From: Girardia tigrina
Taxonomy: Eukaryota
Direction: 5' to 3'
Length of the DNA: 64,000 nt
Assembly (NCBI GenBank): GCA_001938485.1
Contig: MQRK01246266.1
Location: 1-64,000 of the forward strand
This document shows, piece by piece, positions 27,185 to 39,921 of the stretch. A model generated the notes under the pieces. The model saw only the letters and a program-made list of their open reading frames with translations. It ran no database searches and was not told where the DNA came from. The position numbers were made by a program, and so were the translations under genes. Position 1 is the first letter of the stretch; each line of letters starts with the position of its first letter.

Positions 27185-27830
27185 TCAGTAGCAATAATAA
27201 ATCTTATTATTGCTAAAAATAAAAAAATATACTGTCAGCAAGCACATAAACAATAAGCAAATAATAAACAATTTATTTACATTTTCAAAACAATAAAATA
27301 ATTTCATATACATTCCCCAACAATTATTATATAAATTCTGAATCACATACCTTTTAGTACAATTTAGTGAATCAAGTGTATTCCAGATTTTACTTTCAAA
27401 TTCCACTAAATTTATATGTTGGTTAAAACTGTAAACTTCTTCACTTAATGTGGTCCACATAAATTCCATGATATTCAAATCTGGTGATTTTAGAGGGAGG
27501 ATTATTAGTGAAACACCTTCCTTATTGAATTATTCAAAGCGTTTAGAAATATGGGGTGTTGCATTATCCTGTTGTAGATGAATTTTTTTAAAATTTAATC
27601 TCATAGTAGAAGTATTTAATTTTTTAATAAATCATCATAGTTTCCTTCATTGTTTGTCGCAAATTTTTTGTGATGATCAATCCGTTTGACATTACTAATC
27701 CAAAAACTATAAGACCTCTTCGGGAAGGTCGTCTTCTGCGATAAATATTTTTAGAACAATATGAGCAGGTATGCCTAAACTTTTGAACTCTTGATTTGGG
27801 GGTCTACTGTAAATATATCCTTTGTTTCCT
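27185..27830 (-). mobile_element. Tc1/IS630-type transposase fragment
   Basis: LQQDNATPH...LPLKSPDLNIMEFMW catalytic motifs; stops and frameshifts. Confidence 0.85.
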
Positions 27831-29227
27831 AACCATTATTATATTTATTATCTAAATAATTTTACTTTTATATCTTATTACTTATACCTTATTAGTTGTT
27901 AGTCTATTATATGGTTATTTTATGTACCTCTATTAAATACACAAATCATTATTATTTAATATATATCTAATTAGATTTTGCACTTATTATTTGCATATTA
28001 TATATCATAACTATTATTTTTATTATTTATTAATTATTGTTATTTAATATTTATTTATTATTTACTATTATTTTTATCCATAAAATTATCTGCATAGGTC
28101 ATATTGTAGTCATGAAGATAATATTTTTAAATTAAAAAATATTTAAATTTAAAAATTTCTCAATGATTCGATCATTAATTTATGATTATTTTTTTGGCAT
28201 AATTATTACAATCAAGAATTAATGATTTCCGGTGAAACTCCATGGTCTACAAATTATCAAGACTGGAGATTTATCATAACTGTCATATATTCATTTCTAA
28301 CGAATTATAATAACTATCCGATTTTTGTAACTGACATTTCAACAAAATCCAAATAAATCCAAAAGGGTTTTAGCTTTCCGAAACCGTACAATATTATATC
28401 CATAAATTATTCTGAAGTGTTGATAAACGATATTAATTGACAATTTTGTCCTACGAACGTTATTTTTTAATTGAGTGTTATACCAAGTAATTTATTTATT
28501 TTGTTTATTTTCTACACGACCTATTCTTCCTGTTTCTCGTGATTATTGTTCTTGTATTTTTATTATTTAAGTTGAAATTATAATTAATTATATAGTTTAA
28601 TATTATAGTTACGATATTTATTTATTTTTTACGCTAAAAGCGTGCTCAGGGACTTTAAAAATTAACTAAATCCTTTAGCACACTTTTACAATAATAAATT
28701 AGAAAAAAAATGAGAATATAAATCGGACTTGTTCAACCGATCAATGATGGAAGAATTCTCTCATCTAAGTATAACTTATGAAAAATTAACCGTGATTCTT
28801 TCTGACATTAATAATTTAAAAAACACCACAAAAGAATTCATGATCCGAACCATTCCTGAAACAGATTCTGACGCTGTCTGTCTGTGATATCTGTCTTTGC
28901 TATTTCTGCAGCGGATTTCTTGTATAAACCCTCCTCAATAAGATTGAATTTAAGACTCCTCCATCAAAGCCGCCATGATGCAACTGAGCAGCTGTGTTAA
29001 CTATGTACTGAGCTGACCTTTTGTAGAAAACAGATAAAAGTAAATGAATATTACTTTTAGTTGAATTGGAAGACAAACTGATTATTTTTTTCATTAAATC
29101 GTTTTATTCGCCCAGTTGGGTGCAATTTTTATTTCGCAGATTTATCAATAGTATTTGCATCAAAAAAATGCATTTTTTGCACTCAAAAACAATATTAAAT
29201 AAAAATTTTCTATTACTTATGACTTAT

Positions 29228-29447
29228 ATTGTTTTATGACTGCCTTTGTTTTCTGGAGTTGTGATGAATTCTGTTTTTTTGTTTGCGCATTTTTGGGTGA
29301 TGTTTGTGGGTGTTAATTTGACTTTTTTCCCTCAGCATTTTTTAGGTTTGCAAGGGATGCCTCGGCGGTATGTGGGGAGTGGTGATGAGTTTTTATTTTG
29401 GAAAAAGGTTTCAAGGATTGGGTCTGTTGTTTCATTGGTTGGGGTGC
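29228..29447 (+). pseudogene. cox1: NUMT: mitochondrial cox1 fragment
   Basis: With TGA=W and AGG=S it reads WLPLFSG...[28 protein letters not shown]...WKKVSSIGS. Strongly G+T-rich and abruptly unlike the flanks. Confidence 0.95.
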
Positions 29448-30097
29448 TACATGTAACACTTTAAAGATTCAATTTATTGCAGAAAAGAAATGCGATCGAA
29501 TTTCTCATTTGTCTTTGAAATAAACAAAGTGTTCATTTAAATTAATGAAATTTTATATTGTAGATGATAAAGTATTTTACAATTTTATAACGGAATAAAA
29601 GTGTAACAACTTTACACTGAATGGCACTTACTGTGGAAAAGCAAAATCTTTGTTGAGAAATACAGATGTGGTTAGTTAGTGACTGAATAAACAAATAGTG
29701 AATACTACATAAAAATCATTGTTTATTGATTTGTTTATTGTATTACACTAACTTTTTACAATTTATCAATTGTTTACATTTGGCAGACTATATAGTAGCA
29801 TAGAATAAGGATCAATTTTATGTTACACATGAATAGATAAATGCTACAGCTTATGAAAATCTTATAACATTATAAATATCTATATAATTGGTACTCCATG
29901 TATTAGTTTGACTCCATAAATGAAGTATGATTGTGAAACATGTCACAAACATGTAAAATGAGACTTTCTAACAAGATGACACTACATTTTATTGATGTAA
30001 TTAGATATTTTATGAGGAGTTAGTTAAAATTTTCACTTCGCCAAAATGATTTATTAATTTTCTTAAGTTTGAAAAAATATATTTAAAAAGATATATA

Positions 30098-31480
30098 CAG
30101 TCGACTCCGGATAACTCGATATGCTTCGGACTTTCGAAACTTATCGAGCTCAGCGAATATCGAGATAAGCGAACACTAACATATTTCCCTTTCCTAATAT
30201 CCATGTGTTGAGAAAAATCATTAATTCTTCTGAACAGGCATGATATACTACAGAATGTATATATATATACATTGGTTAATGTGTACAGTAATAAGTGTTA
30301 AAAAGCAATAATAAACAAATAACAATTTATACTAGTTTTCAACAACAAATCATAAAAGTATAAATACAACAATAACGATAAAAAAATTAGTCCTTTATTT
30401 AATTAATTCACTGCACATTTTTAATGAGCAGCTCAGAAATTATAAGTACTGAGTAAGTAATCTTTGCTTCACTCTAGCAGAGGCTGATTCCTCGACAAAG
30501 TTTAGAAGTCTGCGAGCCATGTTCACTTGATCTGTAGTTTTATCACCCGACTGGAGAACGAATCTATGAAGTTTTCTGGCTGCCAGCCGCGCTTCTTTTA
30601 ACGATACATTGGGATCTATGTCATCCTCATTGATGTTGCTTCCATCATCACTAACTGATCGCAGTAACTTCTGATGCTTAGCAACTTGCTTCAGTATATC
30701 TCGATCAGTGATTTCCCGTATTACCTGGACGTCATCATCAACAGAGAGGAACTGCTCAGCACCTACGTTTCCAGAAATGCTTAATAGATTACGCAGTCTA
30801 GTAAAAATGTTGTCGAAGTCATTATTGTATTCGTAAGGTTCAGAATCACGTTCCTCTATCAGTGAAGCCAGCTTCACGAAAACAGTTGGTGATGGTACTC
30901 GATTTCAACAAGTCCCATAGTTGTATTATTGTAGTATTATTATTGTATGCAGTAGGTTGAAACAGAAGTCAATAATCTCATCATGTGATCTGAGGCGCTT
31001 TAAAGCAAGTTTTCTACGTAAATGTGCTTAACGTTCTTGATATAATGCCGCAGTCCATAGGTTGAGTGCGAGCTGTTGTATTTGAAGTGTTGGACGTGAA
31101 GATCGATGTGTTTCAAATCCCAGATGTGAGGGTGGGCGGGAAAATTGTCAACGATTAGAGTTACTTATCAAGTTACTTGTCTTGTCAAGATGTTGTCCCA
31201 TAGTTTAAGCCATTCTCGGAACATTGTGCCAGTCATCCAGGATTTAGAATTAGCCAAGTACCTGACTGGCAAATGGTGAACGTTGCGAAAGCAGCGAGGA
31301 TTGCTAAATTTACCATTGACAAGAAGTGGAAGTTTCTCCCTTTCATTGATGCGCCTACAAGTGTGGTCACTCGCTCCTTGAATTTTTTTCCTTTGTGAAT
31401 CTTTTTTTTTGAAAGCGAGTGTCTGATCTGGTTGAAGTTTCCAGAATAAGGCGCTTTTATCTATATTGTAAATGTCTTCA
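30098..31480 (-). mobile_element. Tigger/pogo DNA transposon, 5'-truncated
   Basis: TA|CAGTCGACTCCGGATAACTCGA terminus. DIYNIDKSALFWK, EKLPLLVNGK..NPRCF, YLANSKSWMT, LIVDNFPAH and QPMDCGII motifs; acidic C-terminus in ORF 30440-30877. Confidence 0.92.
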
Positions 31481-33870
31481 GCAACGGTCACGGTTACCAT
31501 AGCAACGGCAGCAACCGTTCCGGTTCACTTGGTGACGGTAACCAAGGTCACGGTTACCATAGTAACGGTAACCAAGGGACGTTTTTCATTAGCAACGGAT
31601 ACAGTGATCCAAGGCGGTTGTAACCATGGTAACGGTTCCCGTATCCATAGCTACCGTGACCCCGTAACTAAGGACCGTAGAAAAAAGTGCTAATCGATCA
31701 CTGCACAGTTCTCAGAGGTGCTAAGGAATATTTTGAAAGTGCTAATCGATAGTGCACATTTTGCCACACATTTCTAATGTACTAGCACAGTGCTTTTTAA
31801 GTTTCACATGTGTAAAATTGTAAAAATCAATACATAAGATTTTTTAAAAGTACCAGTGTCATAAATCGATATCATATGCTTGGTGCACATTTTCATTCTC
31901 TATTTGAATATGCAATTCAAATTTTCATATATTGATTACTTTTCTCTATAATTAGTATAATGTGCAAATTTGCACATATTGCACATATTGATTTTAAAGG
32001 TATAAGGAAGCAGAATATCAAAAAAGTGCTCATGCACTTGAATAGTAACCCACATACGTACATTCAGATTCCAAGTCAACATTTTCGAAAAAGTGCTGAT
32101 AAATCGATTTTTTTGAACATTTCTGAAATTCTCAAAAAAGTGCTCAAAAATTGATTTTTTCGTATATATCTGAAACCTATATGATATATGTGTATTGTTT
32201 TACCATCATACAATACTTCATGAATCGTCTAATGTACTTAGTGATCAATCACAAGTTCCATGGTTACCGTAACCAAGATACATAACATTTTATTTTACAT
32301 GTAAAATCTACATGTAAAAACTCCTGTTGTACTTCAAACATTCATCAACACTATACAAAACATCTATATAATCATCTAATGTTCACAAGTATAATCACAA
32401 GTATCATGGTTACCGTAACNNNNNNNNNNNNNNNNNNNNNNNNNNNNNNNNNNNNNNNNNNNNNNNNNNNNNNNNNNNNNNNNNNNNNNNNNNNNNNNNN
32501 NNNNNNNNNNNNNNNNNNNNNNNNNNNNNNNNNNNNNNNNNNNNNNNNNNNNNNNNNNNNNNNNTATGTATATTATATATACACCTTAGAAACCATCAAT
32601 GTTATCTTAAAAACCATGAAAAACACCTTAAATCATGAAAAATACCTTAAAAATCATCGAAAACATGTAAAAACCATCAAAATTACACAAAAAAGTGCAA
32701 AAAATCAATTTTACACCTGTGCTAATCAATAATACACATGTGTTAATCAATACTACACTAAGCCTAGGCTGCCTAAGCTGCATATGTGCAGCCTAGGCAG
32801 CCTAGGCAGCCTGATTAAGCTTAGTACAAGTGTACAGAATCAATAAGTTCACATGTGCTCATAGTGTAATGTATTCATGTTTTAATATAATATAGTTTTA
32901 AAGTGGTATTTCTATACTCATATGGTTTTAAATAGCGGAGCAAGCAAAATTTTGAAAATCTGTTTCAACACATGTATAGTAACTCATATATGAGCAGTCA
33001 GAATATGATCTTAGATTTTTGGAAAAAATCAATACGTAGTGCTTTTTCGAACATATGGACATTATGTGTGCAAATATTATATAATAGAAATGTATTATAT
33101 TATGATATTATTCTATGTTATCAACCAATATCGTATCAACCATTCAAAACATGACCGTATCCTAGAATATATCGTCATACATCCATCATGTTAATATATT
33201 ACATTTATCATGTCAACATATTGCATTCATCATGTCAATGTATTACATTCATCTTGTCAACATATTGCATCAATCATGTTAATGTATTGCATTTATCATG
33301 TCAACATATTACATTCATCATGTCAATGTATTGCATTCATCATGTCAACATATTGCTTTCATCATGTCAACATATTGCATTCATCATGTCAACATATTGC
33401 ATCCATCATATCAACATATTGCATCCATCATATCAATACATAACTGAACATGTAAAAAATACAGAAAAATACCGAATAATATATAAAATTCTAAAAGAAC
33501 TACCTTATAAATCATTATCATCATGTTATCAACCATAAAATTTGATATATGTGTGTTGTTTAAGTATAATCACACGTACCATGGTTACCNNNNNNNNNNN
33601 NNNNNNNNNNNNNNNNNNNNNNNNNNNNNNNNNNNNNNNNNNNNNNNNNNNNNNNNNNNNNNNNNNNNNNNNNNNNNNNNNNNNNNNNNNNNNNNNNNNN
33701 NNNNNNNNNNNNNNNNNNNNNNNNNNNNNNNNNNNNNNNNNNNNNNNNNNNNNNNNNNNNNNNNNNNNNNNNNNTCATTGTTATCTTAAAAACCATGAAA
33801 GACACCGTAAAAATCATGGAAAACATATAAAATGCACCAAAATTACACAAAAAAGTTCTCAAAAATGGAT
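31480..33870. repeat. Composite repeat with GGTWACC/X-box-like palindromes, AAAAAGTGCT motifs, a hairpin and a duplicated ~1.2-kb-spaced unit
   Basis: 32385-32710 and 33560-33870 share AAGTATAATCAC..CATGGTTACC[N gap]..GTTATCTTAAAAACCATGAAA..AATTACACAAAAAAGT. Confidence 0.7.
33185..33440. repeat. 22-bp minisatellite, ~11-12 copies
   Basis: CATCATGTCAACATATTGCATT unit. Confidence 0.9.
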
Positions 33871-33876
33871 TTTTTT

Positions 33877-33918
<42 letters not shown>

Positions 33919-33947
33919 CTCTATACTATATACAAAAAAAAAGAAAA

Positions 33948-34031
33948 TCCGATGAGACGGATTTGAACCGCCGACCTAAGGATCACTGCAAACACTACAG
34001 TCCTCCGTTCTACCAACTGAGCTATCATCGG
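33948..34031 (-). tRNA. tRNA-Tyr(GTA) with 11-nt intron (33984-33994)
   Basis: CCGATGATAGCTCAGTTGGTAGAACGGAGGACTGTAG[TGTTTGCAGTG]ATCCTTAGGTCGGCGGTTCAAATCCGTCTCATCGGA. Perfect acceptor stem, intron at the canonical 37/38 position, oligo-T terminator; one D-stem mismatch. Confidence 0.92.
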
Positions 34032-35573
34032 TAATGATTACATTGATCACTTTTATCATATATATATTCTATTTCAAATTACAGTTTATATTATGATTAT
34101 AATTATGATTATGATTATGATTATAATTACAAAGATCTATAAATAAAAGTAAAAGTAAAAAAGTTATAAACTCTTAATAAAAGTAAAAGTAAAAGAAAGA
34201 TAATAAAAAGTTATAACTTTTAACTGTTATTATAATTATTAAATTATCAAATTTTGAATTTACAAAAATCCATTAAGAAATCATTATCCCTATGGGATAA
34301 AGACATTAATTAAAAAAAGAAATGATAATCGTGATTATTATTTGGTTTACTTTGCAATATTAAACTCGACCTATTTTGAGATATATATTTGTTTGAGCCT
34401 TGTGATGCTTTATCCTTTACTGTGATACATTTAATGAAAAAAGAAGCTAGAATTTGTGGTTTACTGTCCTATCCTCACAAATTTGAGAGAAATCAAAAGG
34501 TTGTAAATCCTATTATAAAAAAAACTGTGATTCAATAAATAAAAAAAAGAAAATTAAAATTGTGCTTTTCTATCCTATCCTAACTAATTCAAAAGAAATT
34601 TAAAGGTTGTAAATCCTATTGTTAAAAATAACTGTAAAGTATTTTTTATATATTGTAATTATCTGATTACTGTGTATAGTTTATAATTTGCTGAGGTTAA
34701 TTTAATATACATTGGGTATAATATCAGCTATTCATTTTTGGTTTCATTATATTACAAATAATTCAGAGAAAATATCCTTTAATTAACCTTAATTTTAGTG
34801 AGTTTGTCAGAATATAGTTTCTTATTCCGTAATTATTTTTATTAATATGGTTCTGAGGAATATTCTTTGAATTTAATTAAATCATATAGTGAAACTTTGA
34901 TTATTCAATATCAAAGACTTTTCCTCTTGAACTATAACAGTAGCAATCGATGTATTTTATAATTAAATTTTTAAATAAGAATTTTAAAATAAATAATAAA
35001 TGGATTAAGATTTATTATATATTTAAGAAATAATTCTTTAAAAATAAAATGCTTGTGTTAAATTAAAATTTAATAGCTTTATGATAAAATCTTATAAATA
35101 AATTTTAATTGTAATTTCAAAATATTTTTTTTAATTGTTGGGATTTGGCGAAATCATAAATTTTTGAATATTTGAAAATTAAAAATATTTAAAATCAGTT
35201 ATATCAAAATATCAAAATCAGTTATAATTTTTAAAAATAAAAATTAATTAAAATTTTTATGGAAAATGATTTTTAGAAGTTAGTAAAAATATTAAGTATA
35301 ATTTTATATTGGGCTGAAATGAAGATTATTTTTTTTTCAACTAATGTTCGAAGGTTAGTTCGTTTTAAGTTAGTTATGTAATTCGAAAAAAATGGCAATT
35401 CATTATTTTCATATTTGTCGATAAATAAAAAAATAAATTACAATATATAATGTATTAAATAATAATAATGTATTGAAGAACAATATTTCATTCTAAATTT
35501 ATTTTTACAATAAAATTTATTAAAATATAATTTAATAGTATTTTCGTAAATTACGCACATTTCTATCATCCTA

Positions 35574-36420
35574 ATGGATTTTAATCGCTTTGATATTCGT
35601 AAATTAATTTAATATTGCTGGAAAAGGGATTTAACACCGTCACAGATGACTGACGAATTAACACGGCCCTTGGAGTTGGATCAGTCTCAAATAGAACATG
35701 TGAAAGGCGGATTTCCAATTTTCGTGAAAACGACTTTAACACAGACGATCAAGTCCGCGAAGGGCGGCCCTCTCTTGACATAGACGAGAGGATAATCGAG
35801 TTTCTAACTGAAGATAAGCGTGCAACACGAGGAACATTGCAGAGAGAATTGATCAGGATAATACCACGGTGTGCCGGCACTTGAATGCAATGTAATACCG
35901 ATATCTGGAAAATTGCTGGGTGCCACACGCTCTGACGCAAAAGACCAAGGATAATCGCAAAAGAATTTGTCAACAGCTATTGGATAGTTATCACCGGAAT
36001 GATTTCCTGTCCAAAATCATCTCCATTGAGGAAACCACAATGTTCATTATCTCCACGATAATGCTCGTCCGCATACGGCTGCTAAGACCAAGGATAAGCT
36101 GAATGGGCTTGGATTCACCGTACTACCACATCCACCATACTCCTCCGATCTCTCACCATCTGACTACTATCTATTCTCTCCAATGAAATGTGCACTTAGA
36201 GGAAAGAATTATGCCGGTGTCAACGATATCAACGAAGATCTTCTACATTGGTTTGACAAGAAACCGCGTGATTTTTTTTCCAAAATGGGATACGCAGCCT
36301 CCCTGAACGTTGGCTGAGATGTATTGAGCACAATGGCGACTATTTTTCGCATTTGCATGACGTGGACGATTGATAAAATATTTTATATTTTATTGTATTT
36401 TGGTGTTTTCTTTTGCGACA

Positions 36421-36426
<6 letters not shown>
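35574..36426 (+). mobile_element. mariner (DD34D) element, internally deleted
   Basis: WVPHAL-like and HDNARPH...HPPYSSDLSPSDYYLF motifs with D34D spacing. 3' terminus ...GCGACAACCCTA abuts (TA)n. Confidence 0.9.
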
Positions 36427-36456
<30 letters not shown>

Positions 36457-37219
36457 TAATATTTATAAATATAAGATTTTTATACAATTTAATCTTTGTC
36501 GTACCCAATGGATATTTAGTCTTATTCATAAAATTATTTAATGAAAAATCAAATAAGAGAAAAAAATACTACACTGCCATAAGGAAACGAAACAGAAGAC
36601 AATGTTCGGAAACATCGAAATGTTAAATGCTTCGGAAGCATCTCAGGTTAATGACGTCACAAAACATTCAACACAGTTATCGGATGCAGCAGTGAGGATA
36701 TCGAAACTCTTAAATAAAAACTTATCAACTTATGAACTCACTCTTTAACAAAATTAAATATTTTAAAGTGTAAGATGCTTTTTTGAAGTAAATAAAGTCC
36801 ATATGAAGTATTATCGAACTGATGCGAAAACACTTCGAAAATATTAAGGATTTCGTAAGATTTTTATTATCGTTACGAGTTAGGTCAGAGACATTTAGTT
36901 ATTGAAATTGAATTTAATTGACTCTAAATTACTGTCATGAAAATAGTTCAAATGTTCAAAAAGGAATGTGATAATAATGTTGTTTAATAATGCTGCAGTT
37001 TAATATTTTAATACATTATTTTAAATTTATTGATTTATATCAATTCCTTAAAATAATAATAAATATTTTATAAAGCATATTTTATATTAAGTTCAAAATT
37101 CTCAACAATAATTTCAAACTTCTTCTAGAACATATTGTTAGAAATCTGCTGTTTTTCTAAAAAGTTTAACTTAAATATGAATAAAGATTTTTCGTCGAAC
37201 GTGAAAAAGATTTTTTTAG

Positions 37220-37351
37220 ATTATAAGTCTGATTTTATCTGATGTTATTGGAGACAATTTATCGATAATAGCCAGTGGTCCAACGGTTCTTGAAAGTCAT
37301 TATTCAATGGGTCCACTTGACATAATTTCCAAATATGATTTAATGAACGAG
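37220..37351 (+). CDS. GLYCTK: Glycerate kinase, internal exon a
   Basis: tttttttag|IISLILSDVIGDNLSIIASGPTV...LMNE|gtaact; the SDVxGD...IASGPT motif is a family hallmark. Confidence 0.92.
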
Positions 37352-37394
37352 GTAACTTATTAAATTCAATGATTTAAATATAAAGAAATGTAAG

Positions 37395-37650
37395 ATCCCA
37401 TTTAGAATTCTCGATTTTTTAAACTCAGAAAGAAATGAAACTGATTCTGATTTATTCAAAAACAGAGTTTTCAATTTTATTGTTGGTAATAACAAAATTG
37501 CACTTAAATCCATGTCGATTGAAGTTGAAAAACACGATTATGCATCTTTAATTATTTCATCTGAGATTGATGGAGATTGTGAATTAAGAAGTCAACAACT
37601 TATTCAGTTTTTAGAAAATATTTTTCAGTATTTAAAATGTCAATCTGAAG
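37395..37650 (+). CDS. GLYCTK: Glycerate kinase, internal exon b
   Basis: IPFRILDFL...VFNFIVGNNKIAL...IISSEIDGD...QSE+G|gtatt, phase-1 donor. An in-frame alternative acceptor 9 nt upstream is possible. Confidence 0.85.
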
Positions 37651-38213
37651 GTATTTTTTGTCCTATATATTATAAATATAAGATTCATGTACTTTTAAAA
37701 CAAATAAGAAATAAGAAAAAAATTTAAATATATTTGTAACTATATATATTTAAATAAAATTCAGTCAAATTGTATTGATGAGATTTCAGATTGTTTTGAG
37801 TTTGATTGGAAGGCTAAAATTGAGTTGATTGCATTGAATGTGAGAAGTTTCCTCTTAAAGATTAGCTTTTGGTTGGCTTGTTAGTTGTCATCTTTAACAT
37901 ATGTCTCCTTTACCTTGTAAAGTACGGAACGATAGAGAAAACATATCGTTTTCTTAAATGGCAATTGATAGCTGCCAATGGTTGGTTTGCGAGAATGGAA
38001 TTGATTGAGTTTAGTGCATTTTGTTTAATTTTTAGGAAAAGTAAAATAAAATTATTTTAATCCAATAATTTATTGGATAAATTTTATTTATTTTAGGCAC
38101 GTTTCCATATAGTGTACTATCTAGTGCATTTTGTGACCTAATGATGAGATTATTATTATCTCGAAATGCGTCGTCTTATTTTTATCCCTATTATACAGAT
38201 TTATTTTACAATG

Positions 38214-38261
<48 letters not shown>

Positions 38262-39149
38262 TTATACTGCCAAATTTGTGTATTTGCGGAATTAATGAAT
38301 TAGGCAACCAATTTTTTAAAATATTTTGTGATTCAATTATGAAATTAATATTAAAATAATATCGATTTAATATGAAGAAAATCAATTTAATATGAAAAAA
38401 AGTTTTAAGCTAAATTGCAAACCGATTTATTTTTATCACCAAGGACGTTGTAATAACTGAATAAAAATTTTACATTGGACCGCAAATCCATCAAACTAAT
38501 CCGATCTCGAATATTCAGGAAATCATTCCAAAATTAAATCAAGAGTCGAGGGAAATTAGGATATATATTTCGAATGTTTTGGGATTAATCTCTAAAAGAA
38601 ATAGCTTTATGAAAAACAATCAAATAATGAATTTATCCGATAAAAAGCTGAAAATCCAAGTTATTGTTCAAACCAAAATCAAATCATCAAGTTGGATTGA
38701 AAAATTCACTGAAAAACTGTTTTTGATTTCCATAGAAATATTGAATTATTAAAAAAATGTGAATCTTTGAACTGTTTCGATATATTGTAAAAAAATTTTT
38801 GAGTGTTAATATTTTGTCATTAAAAAAATTAATCGGTAAAACAAAATGAATTAAAAAATTTTGGAATTTTAGTTGAAATAATTGTAAAAAATTATTTTTA
38901 GTGTAAATTAAAAATTATTTATAAAAAATTTAATTCGATTTTTTTCAGTTGAAATGAGACACTTTTTCATTTGAAATGCGACACTTTTGCATTTGAAATG
39001 CGACATAATAAAAATTATAAAACGTTTTCATTTAATTAAAATATGTCATTTTCAATAAATTTACATAAAATCGGTATGTTTATACATTTTTTTAAAATTT
39101 CAAACTCCATTTTTTCAATATGACGGGATGAACAAACCTGACAAATAAC

Positions 39150-39915
39150 GTTCGTGAACGAATTATCTTTGTTTGAAGGTGGTATGCAGGCAGTTGCAAT
39201 CGCCACCAAATTTAACGTCCACAAAGCCACTGTGTACCGTATCGTAAAAATATATATTACTGGGAAGATCTGCGCTAAAGTTAAAGATGGCAATAGTTTC
39301 AAGCGCCTTACACCTGATGTAAGTGAACTAGTCCAAAGCTTGATTGAAGAAGATTGTTCAATTCCGTTGAGCAGTATAAAAAGAAATATCAAAGACAAAT
39401 TTGATGTTGAATGCTCAATTTCGACAATCCATCAGCAGTTTGCTTTCACGGTGAAGCGAATTGCTCTATTGCCTCTTGCTCGTAACTCAAAGGGAACAAA
39501 CTCAAATAGAACACAGATTTCAGAATGCTATTAACTGGGCGCCTCTGATTTCAGAAAACGAGTGAAGAAATATCCTTTTTCTAGATGAATCTGGATTCCG
39601 GATTTGTTTACGCAACAGATATGGTCGTGCTCACAAGGATCAACCTACTATTCAAAGCATGCAAGCAATTAGGAGCAAAATATCATTGTTGGCTAAAATT
39701 AAAAATTTTTTTAGTTATAGAACTAAAAAATCTGTTTTTTATTATAAAAAACAAGACTCCGCCTATAATACTTTTACATTAATACTGTTACATTTTTAAC
39801 GTTTCTAGAGGAAGTAATTTTAAAATTAAGAGAAATTAATAGTGACAGAATGATTTTTATAATGGACTATGTTCCATTTCATAAATCATTGTCGGTTATT
39901 AGAAAAGTTAAGTCT
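39150..39915 (+). mobile_element. IS630/Tc1-like transposase (DDE_3 type), degraded and 3'-truncated
   Basis: HTH region IATKFNVHKATVYRI, winged-helix region CSISTIH..FTVKR, then FLDESGF and IMDYVPFHKS. GAAATGCGACA repeats upstream at 38950-39005. Confidence 0.85.
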
Positions 39916-39921
39916 GCAGGT

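Noticed and set aside
28370-28405. LYGFGK peptide resembling the GLYCTK N-terminal GFGKA
   Set aside because: On the opposite strand, and similarity does not extend.
33188-33538. Cys/His-rich ORFs
   Set aside because: Translation of the 22-bp minisatellite.
38440-38600. IGPQI peptide suggesting a Chapaev-type transposase relic
   Set aside because: A single short motif in broken frames is not enough support.
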